Below the pieces are notes generated by a model that did no database searches, had not been told where the DNA came from, and was given only the letters and a program-made list of their open reading frames with translations. DNA of 32,000 bases from Synechococcales cyanobacterium VAR_4_metabat_312 (GTDB taxonomy: Bacteria; Cyanobacteriota; Cyanobacteriia; Cyanobacteriales; Chamaesiphonaceae), in contig JANOQO010000028.1 of assembly GCA_031414875.1 (NCBI GenBank), positions 106,445-138,444 on the forward strand. Direction: 5' to 3'. Numbering within the stretch: position 1 is the first letter of the stretch; each line of letters opens with the position of its first letter. Both the position numbers and the translations under genes were made by a program. This document shows, one piece after another, positions 1 to 8,139 of the stretch.

Positions 1-527
1 GTACAGCAGCGCGACTCAGCGAAGCAAAGGGCTTAAGATATTTGATTTTGGCTGTAGCACAGTTAGTTGATCGGCACCCTGAGATTAGACTGGTAATTGC
101 CGGAGAAGGGGAGTTAGAAGCTGAATTGCGCCAACTCGTTTTAGATCTAAAGCTTTCTCAACATGTAGTATTTGCTGGGTATGTGGCCGACTTACAAAAT
201 TTATTATCTTTGATGCAGATTTTTGTACTTCCCTCCATCCAAGAGCCCTTTGGTTTGGTCTGTGCCGAAGCTATGTCACTCGGGAAACCGATTATAGGGA
301 CTAATGTGGGGGGGATTCCAGAACAAGTTGTCCATGAGGTGACCGGTTTCATCGTACCACCTGGTGATCCAATGGCTTTGGCCGATAGTATCGATCAGCT
401 AATTTCTGACCCAGCGCTGTTAGCTACTTATGGCCGAAAGGGTTATGAGCGATATCAAGAAAAGTTTGCCTTGGCCGGGATGCTGCGCGATACTGTCAAT
501 GTTTATGAAAAAGTCCTGCTTGAGTAA
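1..527 (+). CDS. Glycosyltransferase family 4 (GT-B fold), C-terminal part; the 5' end lies upstream of the window
   Basis: The reading frame is open from nt 3 to the TAA at 525-527. The motif FVLPSIQEPFGLVCAEAMSLGKPIIGTNVGGIPEQV contains the E-x7-E nucleotide-sugar binding signature typical of GT4 enzymes. Confidence 0.85.
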   Translation, partial: TAARLSEAKGLRYLILAVAQLVDRHPEIRLVIAGEGELEAELRQLVLDLKLSQHVVFAGYVADLQNLLSLMQIFVLPSIQEPFGLVCAEAMSLGKPIIGTNVGGIPEQVVHEVTGFIVPPGDPMALADSIDQLISDPALLATYGRKGYERYQEKFALAGMLRDTVNVYEKVLLE

Positions 528-1835
528 ATGGAAAATACTACCCTGCTACTGACTTTTATTAACAACTTAAGTTCAGCGATTCAGCTAGAGCAAATTCTGT
601 CGATCGAACCACATCCTGATTTGACCATGCGTGGTTGGGTGGGGGTTTGTGCCTTGGTGGGCAAAACCAAAAATAGAATTATTTACGATATCGATGTGCG
701 CTGGGCAGCACAAGAGACGATTTTTCGTCAAGATCTGTGGGATTTTGGCTGGACGGAACAGATGCTGTTGGCCAATCGCAATCAAGAACACCACAAGTTA
801 ATTATTTATCTCTGTGATCCCGGCATCAAGATGCTCAAGCAGGGTGTGGAAGTACTACCAAAGCATTTTTTGATTGGGCGCAACTGGACTAGTCTTACTC
901 ATTGCTATACCCAAGAGCCTCATCCCTTCGTGATCCCACCTCAAGATGAAATATCTAAGGGCTATGCCACTACGGCAAAGTTAACCGCTCAAGTCCCAGA
1001 ACTTCGGCAAGATTTTTGTGATGTAAGTTTAGCTGTACCCAATGTGCCGCAAGGCGGTTTGCGAACTAAGGGCTTATTTAAAGATCCTGATTCGGCACGG
1101 CCATTACTATCGATCGTCACGGTAGTTTATAACGGTGAAAAATATCTAGAACAGACTATTCAATCGGTAATCAACCAATCTTATGAATATTTGGAATACA
1201 TCATTATTGATGGTGGTTCTACCGATCAAACTTTAGAAATTATTGCTAAATATAATGACTATATTGATTATTGGATCAGTGAGCCAGATAATGGAATTTA
1301 TAATGCCATGAATAAAGGCACTAAATTAGCCACCGGTAGCCATGTTTTACATTTAAATGCCGATGATTTATTATTTGAACCAAAAGGTCTAGAATTCTTG
1401 CATCATGCTCACTTTGAGGATAATCATATGCGCAGTATCCTCAAAGTAAATCTGCAAAATGGGCGGATGGCTAGAGAACCGATCGCCATGACTAAAAATA
1501 GTTTGGCAGAACACGTCACTTATCAAGATAATTTTCTCCAGATTTCCCACACTGCGATGGTGCATCCCGGCTTTATTAATAGAATCAATACTACTAGTAT
1601 TTTTAGTGAAGAATATCGAATTTTTTCGGATACGGTGATGTTAATTGAAAAGTTCAATACTGAATCAGTCAGGCTATCTTCAGTACCGCTATCCATTTTT
1701 CGCAGTGGCGGTGCCTCTAGTAACAATCAACTAATTTTGACTGAGATGTGGCAAGAAATTCGCAAGCAACCTGCTCTCTGGCCAAAAATTTCTCGGTGGC
1801 TACAGTTGCAAGGGGTTTTTGCGATTTGGAAATAG
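528..1835 (+). CDS. Family 2 glycosyltransferase with an uncharacterised N-terminal domain of about 190 aa
   Basis: The C-terminal half reads LSIVTVVYNGEKYLEQTIQSVINQSY..IIIDGGSTDQT..LNADD, which is a GT-A/GT2 signature with a DxD-like motif. The ATG follows the upstream TAA directly (TAAATG). Confidence 0.8.
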   Translation: MENTTLLLTFINNLSSAIQLEQILSIEPHPDLTMRGWVGVCALVGKTKNRIIYDIDVRWAAQETIFRQDLWDFGWTEQMLLANRNQEHHKLIIYLCDPGIKMLKQGVEVLPKHFLIGRNWTSLTHCYTQEPHPFVIPPQDEISKGYATTAKLTAQVPELRQDFCDVSLAVPNVPQGGLRTKGLFKDPDSARPLLSIVTVVYNGEKYLEQTIQSVINQSYEYLEYIIIDGGSTDQTLEIIAKYNDYIDYWISEPDNGIYNAMNKGTKLATGSHVLHLNADDLLFEPKGLEFLHHAHFEDNHMRSILKVNLQNGRMAREPIAMTKNSLAEHVTYQDNFLQISHTAMVHPGFINRINTTSIFSEEYRIFSDTVMLIEKFNTESVRLSSVPLSIFRSGGASSNNQLILTEMWQEIRKQPALWPKISRWLQLQGVFAIWK

Positions 1836-1871
1836 ATTGATTTTGTTAGCTAGTAATATTAATCACAACCA

Positions 1872-2264
1872 TCAATCTTGAACATAGTCAGTACTATTCA
1901 CTAGACAAGCTTCAGCTCTTTGAAACTCACGTCCTAAATAGGCCGCATGATCAAACATCGTGACCGGGCAAGCCTCTTGTTCAAAAATAGCCACACAGAG
2001 TTCTTTAGCAGTGCGACCACTAAATAGCTGCTCCAACTGCCGATCGACTTTGCCCTTGGCCGGAATAACTTTGCCTGTTTTGGGGTCTACGGCTAAGCCT
2101 CGATCGTCGATCACATTGCCAAAGTGCTTGGCACAAATGGTTTGAGCCGCAGTATCAACGTAAATAATAAAATATCCACCAGGATCAAGATCAATATGGC
2201 GGTTAGAAAGCTGGCGATCAATTTCGGCAATCGCTGGTAAATTACTAGATTCAGTAACAGTCAT
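1872..2264 (-). CDS. Small conserved protein; resembles the family I recall as DUF4346
   Basis: Clean ORF of about 130 aa with the motif LDPGGYFIIYVD. I prefer the ATG at 2264 over the TTG at 2270 used by the track. The family name is from memory only. Confidence 0.6.
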   Translation of the reverse strand: MTVTESSNLPAIAEIDRQLSNRHIDLDPGGYFIIYVDTAAQTICAKHFGNVIDDRGLAVDPKTGKVIPAKGKVDRQLEQLFSGRTAKELCVAIFEQEACPVTMFDHAAYLGREFQRAEACLVNSTDYVQD

Positions 2265-2336
2265 GGGCAAAATCGGAGGAGGTCTGTATCAACAAATAAC
2301 ACATTTTCCAGACACTGTGCCGATTGCTGCGTCAAT

Positions 2337-3062
2337 TTAAGCTTTGGTGAAAAACAGCAAATGCTGCTGAGGCAAAATATCCTCGGTTTTTTGCCAGGTA
2401 AGACCCACGGCAGCCAATTCTCGGCGAATCTGCTTTTGGGTGGTTTTGTGATGGGGCTTAATGAACACCAGCGGATCTTCGCCGCGATACTCAGTTAGAA
2501 CCACCCGTCCACCTGGTTTTAGCGCCGCCACAATATTGGTCATTACTTCTTGGGGATAGTTAAACTCGTGATAGGCATCGACCATCAAGGCCAGATCAAT
2601 GCTGTTAGAGGGCAAGCCAGGATTTTGATCATTGGTGGCTAACTGCGGCTTGATGTTGGCGATTTTGGCTCGATCGACCCGTTTTTGCAGCAGATCAATC
2701 ATTTCTGGCTGAAGGTCGATCGACAGCACCTGACCCTGGGGCACTTGCTGCGCTAAAAGCTGTGAAATATAGCCGCTGCCTGCACCCACATCGGCCACAG
2801 TATCTGTGGGGTTTAATCCCAATGCTGCCACCATTTTCTCAGGCTGTTCTTCCTGGGCTCGATCGGCTCTTTCTAGCCATTCTGCGCCGGTGTATCCCAT
2901 TACCTGGGCAATCTCTCTCCCCATATAGACTTTGCCAGTGCCATCGAAGCTGGGCTGGCGGTAGCTATAGAATTTTGATTGGATTACGGCAAATCCTGGA
3001 GCCATGGCAAGCTGCCAGCAGATAGCCAGCGTGAGCAAAAATTTTAGTGGGGTGGTCAACAT
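2337..3062 (-). CDS. Class I SAM-dependent methyltransferase with a hydrophobic N-terminal signal or anchor sequence
   Basis: Motif I is VADVGAGSGYISQLL, with a post-I acidic residue and LKPGGRVVL (motif III-like). The N-terminus MLTTPLKFLLTLAICWQLAMAPGFA looks like a signal peptide. Confidence 0.8.
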   Translation of the reverse strand: MLTTPLKFLLTLAICWQLAMAPGFAVIQSKFYSYRQPSFDGTGKVYMGREIAQVMGYTGAEWLERADRAQEEQPEKMVAALGLNPTDTVADVGAGSGYISQLLAQQVPQGQVLSIDLQPEMIDLLQKRVDRAKIANIKPQLATNDQNPGLPSNSIDLALMVDAYHEFNYPQEVMTNIVAALKPGGRVVLTEYRGEDPLVFIKPHHKTTQKQIRRELAAVGLTWQKTEDILPQQHLLFFTKA

Positions 3063-3176
3063 AAAGCCAGGGAATGATTTGCCAATATATGGTAGTAGAT
3101 TCTTTGGGAAAAGGCTGATGGATCCGGCAAGATCGCCAGAACTGGTATAATTCCTCGCACCTGTTTGGAGATAGTT

Positions 3177-3806
3177 ATGGATTGTTTAGTTGCCCCAAGT
3201 TTACCCATTGTCCTCGTTAGCGAAGCCTCTTCTATGGAGAATCAATCTAGTGGCTTACGACTAGGGATTATGGCATCAGGGAGTGGTAGTAACTTTGCCG
3301 CAGTGGCTGAAGCGGTTGCTGCTGGTCAACTACAGGCCAAAATTGTCGTGTTAATCTACAACAATCCCCACATTAAAGCTTTGGAATATGCCGAACAATA
3401 TCAGATCCCTACAGTTTTTCATGATCATCGCGGAGTAGAACGCAGTGCTTTAGATGCGATGATCGTTCAAACCATGCGAGAGTACCAAGTAAACTGCGTG
3501 GTGATGGCTGGTTGGATGCGGGTAGTGACACCGGTATTGATCGATGCGTTTCCCGATCGAATTATCAATATTCATCCCAGTTTACTGCCCAGTTTTCCCG
3601 GCATTAAGGCGATCGAACAAGCCTTAGCCGCCAAAGTCAAAATCAGCGGTTGTACCGTCCACCTAGTTCGCCCGGTAGTAGACAGCGGCCCTATTTTAAT
3701 TCAAGCAGCAGTGCCAGTATTGCCAGATGATACTGTCGAGACACTTCATGCCCGTATTCAGATCCAAGAACATCGCATTTTGCCAGCAGCTTTAAAATTG
3801 CTTTAA
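3177..3806 (+). CDS. purN: Phosphoribosylglycinamide formyltransferase
   Basis: GIMASGSGSNFAAV, VVMAGWMRVV, INIHPSLLPSFPG and GCTVHLV..VDSGPI are canonical PurN motifs. The ATG at 3177 has a GGAG 6 nt upstream; alternative starts are the TTG at 3165 and the ATG at 3234. Confidence 0.9.
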   Translation: MDCLVAPSLPIVLVSEASSMENQSSGLRLGIMASGSGSNFAAVAEAVAAGQLQAKIVVLIYNNPHIKALEYAEQYQIPTVFHDHRGVERSALDAMIVQTMREYQVNCVVMAGWMRVVTPVLIDAFPDRIINIHPSLLPSFPGIKAIEQALAAKVKISGCTVHLVRPVVDSGPILIQAAVPVLPDDTVETLHARIQIQEHRILPAALKLL

Positions 3807-4867
3807 ACACCGCTCTTCGGCACACCCTGATCGATCGATTTCATCTGGGCTGTAACCGGTGCCGTTTTCTTAATTTTAGGCTGGGGCTTATCTCCGGCCA
3901 AACTCAAGAACGTATTGAGGGCACTAAACTTAGTTGCATAAGTAATCGCGGGCTGTTCGTAGCCCTTAAGCTGCACTGAACATTGTTTAAATACTTTATT
4001 GTCACCAATCAGCGGCAGCACATACTGATAAGTTTCGGTGCCGATCGCAATTTCTGCACCAATTTCTTTGGTAATACTTTCTAACCGAAAAGCCGAATTC
4101 ACTGTATCACCTAGCGCCGTATAGTCAGGCTGACTACTACTCCCGGCGTTGCCCACCATCCCATAGCCCGTATTTATTCCGGCACCTACTCGCAGCTCAA
4201 AAGGCAATGGATAGCGCTTGCTCAAGGCTTTGGTCATTCGATCGATATCGTTTAAAGCGTGTAGAATACCCATCATTTCTTGCTTAGTCACTGTTTCAGA
4301 ATTATGGAACCACAGCGCCATCACCGCATCACCAATATACTTATCTACCCAGCTACCATAACGACGAATAATATGTCCGGCATTGCGAAACCAAGTGGTC
4401 ATCACTTCCGAAAGCAAATTCTCATCAGTTTGTCTGGCCAGCACCGTATAGTTGCGCATATCAACTACCATGACCGACATCAGTTTACGCACATGCAAAA
4501 TAGAAGTAACAGTGCCATCTAAGGTCATCTCGTCGCCGCTGTTAATCGAGACTTCCTCGATCTGAGGCCGGAAAAATTTCAGCTCAGTCTGGCCAAATGT
4601 AACAGTATCACCATCATGAATAATCAACGGCACGCTCACCCTGCGCCCATTCACGAAAGTACCATTACTACTGCCCATATCAATTAGGTAATAGCCACTT
4701 TCAGTACTTTGGAGCATGGCATGATTTCTCGAAATACAGCGATCTTTGATCACAATATTGCTTTCTTCACCCCTACCAACCGTCCAGCACTTGCCTTCCA
4801 CGAGGGCAAAGCGGCGAGTGCCAGAATCGGCTTGCAGCACTAAATAGGCAGAGGGTCCTTGATTCAC
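3803..4867 (-). CDS. FHA domain fused to a class III adenylate/guanylate cyclase catalytic domain
   Basis: The N-terminus has WTVGRGEESNIVIKDRCISRNHAML..GSSNGTFVNG (FHA). The C-terminus has VMVVDMRNYT, KYIGDAVMALW, RVGAGINTG and GDTVNSAFRLES (CHD cyclase). The start is GTG. Confidence 0.85.
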   Translation of the reverse strand: MNQGPSAYLVLQADSGTRRFALVEGKCWTVGRGEESNIVIKDRCISRNHAMLQSTESGYYLIDMGSSNGTFVNGRRVSVPLIIHDGDTVTFGQTELKFFRPQIEEVSINSGDEMTLDGTVTSILHVRKLMSVMVVDMRNYTVLARQTDENLLSEVMTTWFRNAGHIIRRYGSWVDKYIGDAVMALWFHNSETVTKQEMMGILHALNDIDRMTKALSKRYPLPFELRVGAGINTGYGMVGNAGSSSQPDYTALGDTVNSAFRLESITKEIGAEIAIGTETYQYVLPLIGDNKVFKQCSVQLKGYEQPAITYATKFSALNTFLSLAGDKPQPKIKKTAPVTAQMKSIDQGVPKSGV

Positions 4868-4966
4868 GACAGAGGAGGCGAGGGGGAACTAGATAACTTA
4901 CAGAAATTGGTAGAGAAAGAGCAAAATATTTTTAGAAGAAATTGATATTTAGAAAAAACCACATGC

Positions 4967-5665
4967 TTACATGGACTGTGTGACAGTGGCAACGACTAAA
5001 AATAAGCTATCTACAAAGATAGTAGTTAGTACCGCACCGCTGAAAGCATACCAGTGATTTTTTTTCTGGCTTAAACAGATTATGCCCAAGCTTAATAGCA
5101 AACTCACCAATAGTACAGCCCAAGCTGTGCCTCTGGGGGTTTGAACTTGACTAATCGCCGCTTGTAGCAAGGGTGCGACCAAATCAGGTTCGGCCACCAT
5201 CACCTGCTGCCAATATTGGACTAAATCAACTGTGTATATGTATAAATCGGTAGCGGCAGTGCCCAATAATGACCCTAAGTAGAAAAGGCTACCAACTTTT
5301 CCTTTGCCCTGCCAACAGAGCCAGAGAACTACCGGCAGCCCGATCGACTCCACAGGTAAATGAATTGCCGGGAACCATCGCCACCAGCCCCAGTAAATTG
5401 CCCCGGCAAACCAGCTCCAGCTAAAGCCAAAGAGCAGATCGCCCCAAAGTTTAGTTTGGGGGCGCTGATACAAAAAATAGCTGAGCGCCACCCACAACAT
5501 AGTGAGTGCCAAACATACACCGGGCATCTGTCTGACTAAAGGAGCCTCGATAAATACTGGTATTGATACCAATAATGCTGCGCCGCAAAATACTTGCCAA
5601 TGACTTTCGCCAATCGCCGCCAACCAGCCCTTTGCCGAGTTGGAGTTAAAAGTGTTATTTAACAA
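4967..5665 (-). CDS. Polytopic membrane protein; resembles the cyanobacterial DUF3120 family
   Basis: ORF of 232 aa with several hydrophobic spans and the motif SIPVFIEAPLVR. The only available start upstream of the conserved part is a TTG. Confidence 0.65.
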   Translation of the reverse strand: MLNNTFNSNSAKGWLAAIGESHWQVFCGAALLVSIPVFIEAPLVRQMPGVCLALTMLWVALSYFLYQRPQTKLWGDLLFGFSWSWFAGAIYWGWWRWFPAIHLPVESIGLPVVLWLCWQGKGKVGSLFYLGSLLGTAATDLYIYTVDLVQYWQQVMVAEPDLVAPLLQAAISQVQTPRGTAWAVLLVSLLLSLGIICLSQKKNHWYAFSGAVLTTIFVDSLFLVVATVTQSM

Positions 5666-5804
5666 AATGGTTTGTTAAGTTTATTTACTGAATTTTAATT
5701 ATTCTTTAAAGATATCACAAAAATCTCTGGAGGCTAAACACCAGCCGAGAGTATAGAGAGTCCGGGTTTTCCTGTATGCTAGATGGCGATAATGTGAGGT
5801 TGAT

Positions 5805-6680
5805 ATGGAATATTTGCAGGCGATTATCCTGGGCTTAGTCCAAGGTATCACTGAGTTTCTGCCGATTAGCAGTACTGCGCACTTGATTATTTTCCGCGAC
5901 GTGCTGGGTTGGGAAGAAATAGCTTGTGGTGCCGATGCAATCAATGGATGTGTGCCTCATGCCGGTTGGAGCAAAGCAGCGATCGATGGAATTCAACTTG
6001 GCAGTGTAGGTGCTGTTTTTGTGTACTTATGGAAAGATATTGTGCAAGTTATTACGGGTTCTTGGCAAGCATTTCAGACTAAAAACTGGCGCAGGGAAGA
6101 ATGGAAGATTTTGGTGGGCATCGCCATTGGGACTTTGCCAGCGCTGTTGGTTGGTCTGGCTGTAAAAATGAGTAAAATACCACTGGAAAGCTCCTTGGGC
6201 ATTGGGGTGATGTCTATTATTATGGCTTTGCTGTTAGGTGCGGCTGAGCAGATGGGCAAAAGAGAACGCGATTTTCATAAGCTCAACATTATGGATGGGG
6301 TATTAGTCGGTGCTGCTCAGGCTCTAGCCATCTTACCCGGTGTTTCTCGTTCTGGCTCTACCATCACCACATCACTGTTTTTAGGACTAAAGCGGGAAAC
6401 AGCGGCACGGTTTTCTTTTTTGTTGGGCTTACCGACTCTAACTTTGGTGACGTTGGTACAAACTAAAGATGTCTTAAAAGATCAGGCCATGATCATGCCG
6501 ATGATTGTGGGAATCATTGCTACCTTTATTTTTTCTTATTTATCCATGGCATGGTTAATGAAGTTCCTCCAAAAGCAGAGTACCTGGGTATTCGTTTGGT
6601 ATAGATTAGCTTTTGGCTTGGCAATCTTGGGCGCGTTAATATTTGGCAATGGCAAACTACCTAACCTTGGAGCATTATGA
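5805..6680 (+). CDS. uppP: Undecaprenyl-diphosphate phosphatase (BacA/UppP)
   Basis: The N-terminus AIILGLVQGITEFLPISSTAHL and the motif PGVSRSGSTI are UppP signatures. A GAGG lies 7 nt upstream of the ATG. Confidence 0.9.
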   Translation: MEYLQAIILGLVQGITEFLPISSTAHLIIFRDVLGWEEIACGADAINGCVPHAGWSKAAIDGIQLGSVGAVFVYLWKDIVQVITGSWQAFQTKNWRREEWKILVGIAIGTLPALLVGLAVKMSKIPLESSLGIGVMSIIMALLLGAAEQMGKRERDFHKLNIMDGVLVGAAQALAILPGVSRSGSTITTSLFLGLKRETAARFSFLLGLPTLTLVTLVQTKDVLKDQAMIMPMIVGIIATFIFSYLSMAWLMKFLQKQSTWVFVWYRLAFGLAILGALIFGNGKLPNLGAL

Positions 6681-8014
6681 GCAGATCGGCGATCAAACCA
6701 GCCGAAATTAGTGGCGTAGTTCCTGGCTCGATCGCCGAAGAAGTCGGCTTCAGTGCAGGCGATCGACTAGTAGCTATCAATGGTCAGCCCTTACGCGACC
6801 TGATTGACTATCGGTTTTTCTGTGCAGAAGAATTCCTTACTTTAGAGGTGTTAGATGCTCGCAATCGCCCCCACAGCATTGAAATCGAAAAAGATTTTGA
6901 TGAAGATTTGGGCTTGGAGTTTGCATCTGCTTTGTTTGATGGCCTAATCCAATGCAATAACCGCTGCCCTTTTTGTTTCATTGACCAACAGCCTTCCGGT
7001 AAACGGGCTTCGCTGTACTTAAAGGATGACGACTATCGTTTGAGCTTTTTATACGGCAGCTATCTGACTCTGACTAACCTGAGCAGTAGTGAATGGGAAA
7101 GAATCGATCGGCTACGTCTTTCTCCATTGTTTGTCTCGGTTCATGCCACTAATCCTGAGGTGCGCTGCCGATTATTACAAAATGATCGGGCAGGCCAAAT
7201 TTTAGAAAACTTGGCTTGGTTCCAAGAACATCATTTACAAATTCATGCTCAAGTCGTCCTCTGTCCCGGCATCAATGATGGCGCAGAGCTAGAGCGCACC
7301 ATTAGAGATTTGGTGTCATTTCATCAGGGCGACATCCCCGCTGTCGCTTCGGTGGCCGTAGTGCCGGTCGGACTCACCAAATTCCGTCCACCTAGTGAAG
7401 ATCCCTTGGTGCCGGTGAGTATCGCTGATGCTCGGCAGGTAATCAAGCAAATCGAAGCTTTGCAAGCTGAGTTTCGCCAAGCCCATGACTCCACCTTCGT
7501 CTGGCTAGCCGACGAGTGGTATCTGATTGCCCAGCAAGAACTACCCAGCAGTGCAAGTTACGAAGACTATCCCCAGTTAGGCAATGGAGTGGGTTCAATC
7601 CGGCGCTTTATTGACGATTTCACTGCTGAAATTGCCGAATGTCAGCCACCAGCTAAAGCCGTAACTTATACTTGGGTAGTGGGTAACGCAGTTGCTCAGG
7701 CTTTTGAGCCGATTGTCGATCGACTGAACCAGTTTGCAGGCTTACAAATTAATTTGGTGCCGATCGCCAGCGACTACTGGGGACAAACCATGACTGTGAC
7801 CGGTCTGATCACTGGTCAAGATTTGGTCAAAAATCTCCAGAATTTGCCCCTAGGTGATGGAATACTTATACCAACAGTGATGCTTAAACACGATGAGGCC
7901 AAATTTCTAGACGACATGACCCTGTACGACTTAGAGCAAACTCTCGGAGTACCAGCTTTACCGGTTGTGGACATTACCGATTTCTTGGAAGTAGTTGGCA
8001 TATTGGCCGACTAA
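6677..8014 (+). CDS. PDZ domain plus radical-SAM-like (CX3CX2C) protein; resembles the DUF512 family
   Basis: The N-terminus has a PDZ-like segment, VVPGSIAEEVGFSAGDRLVAINGQPL. It is followed by CNNRCPFCF, a CX3CX2C cluster motif. The ATG overlaps the uppP stop (ATGA). Confidence 0.8.
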   Translation: MSRSAIKPAEISGVVPGSIAEEVGFSAGDRLVAINGQPLRDLIDYRFFCAEEFLTLEVLDARNRPHSIEIEKDFDEDLGLEFASALFDGLIQCNNRCPFCFIDQQPSGKRASLYLKDDDYRLSFLYGSYLTLTNLSSSEWERIDRLRLSPLFVSVHATNPEVRCRLLQNDRAGQILENLAWFQEHHLQIHAQVVLCPGINDGAELERTIRDLVSFHQGDIPAVASVAVVPVGLTKFRPPSEDPLVPVSIADARQVIKQIEALQAEFRQAHDSTFVWLADEWYLIAQQELPSSASYEDYPQLGNGVGSIRRFIDDFTAEIAECQPPAKAVTYTWVVGNAVAQAFEPIVDRLNQFAGLQINLVPIASDYWGQTMTVTGLITGQDLVKNLQNLPLGDGILIPTVMLKHDEAKFLDDMTLYDLEQTLGVPALPVVDITDFLEVVGILAD

Positions 8015-8139
8015 ACCGATGACAAATGGAACTAAAAAATGCTAACTAGTATTTAAAACAGTCTCCAATTCTTGCCAACCTGCTTAAAGCAATCAATGTA
8101 ACTTGTGAATTAACATCAAAGAACCAACTATCAGCGATT

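Noticed and set aside
3063-3233. A ZTP/purine-type riboswitch upstream of purN.
   Set aside because: I could not find the conserved pfl/ZTP core (GGGUCGUGAC...CCGCCUGGGC-like) or a purine-riboswitch three-way junction in the leader.
5050-5062. A T8 homopolymer inside the DUF3120-like gene, considered as a slipped-strand switch.
   Set aside because: It is a single short run encoding Lys-Lys in frame, there is no evidence of a frameshift, and such runs are common in AT-moderate genomes.
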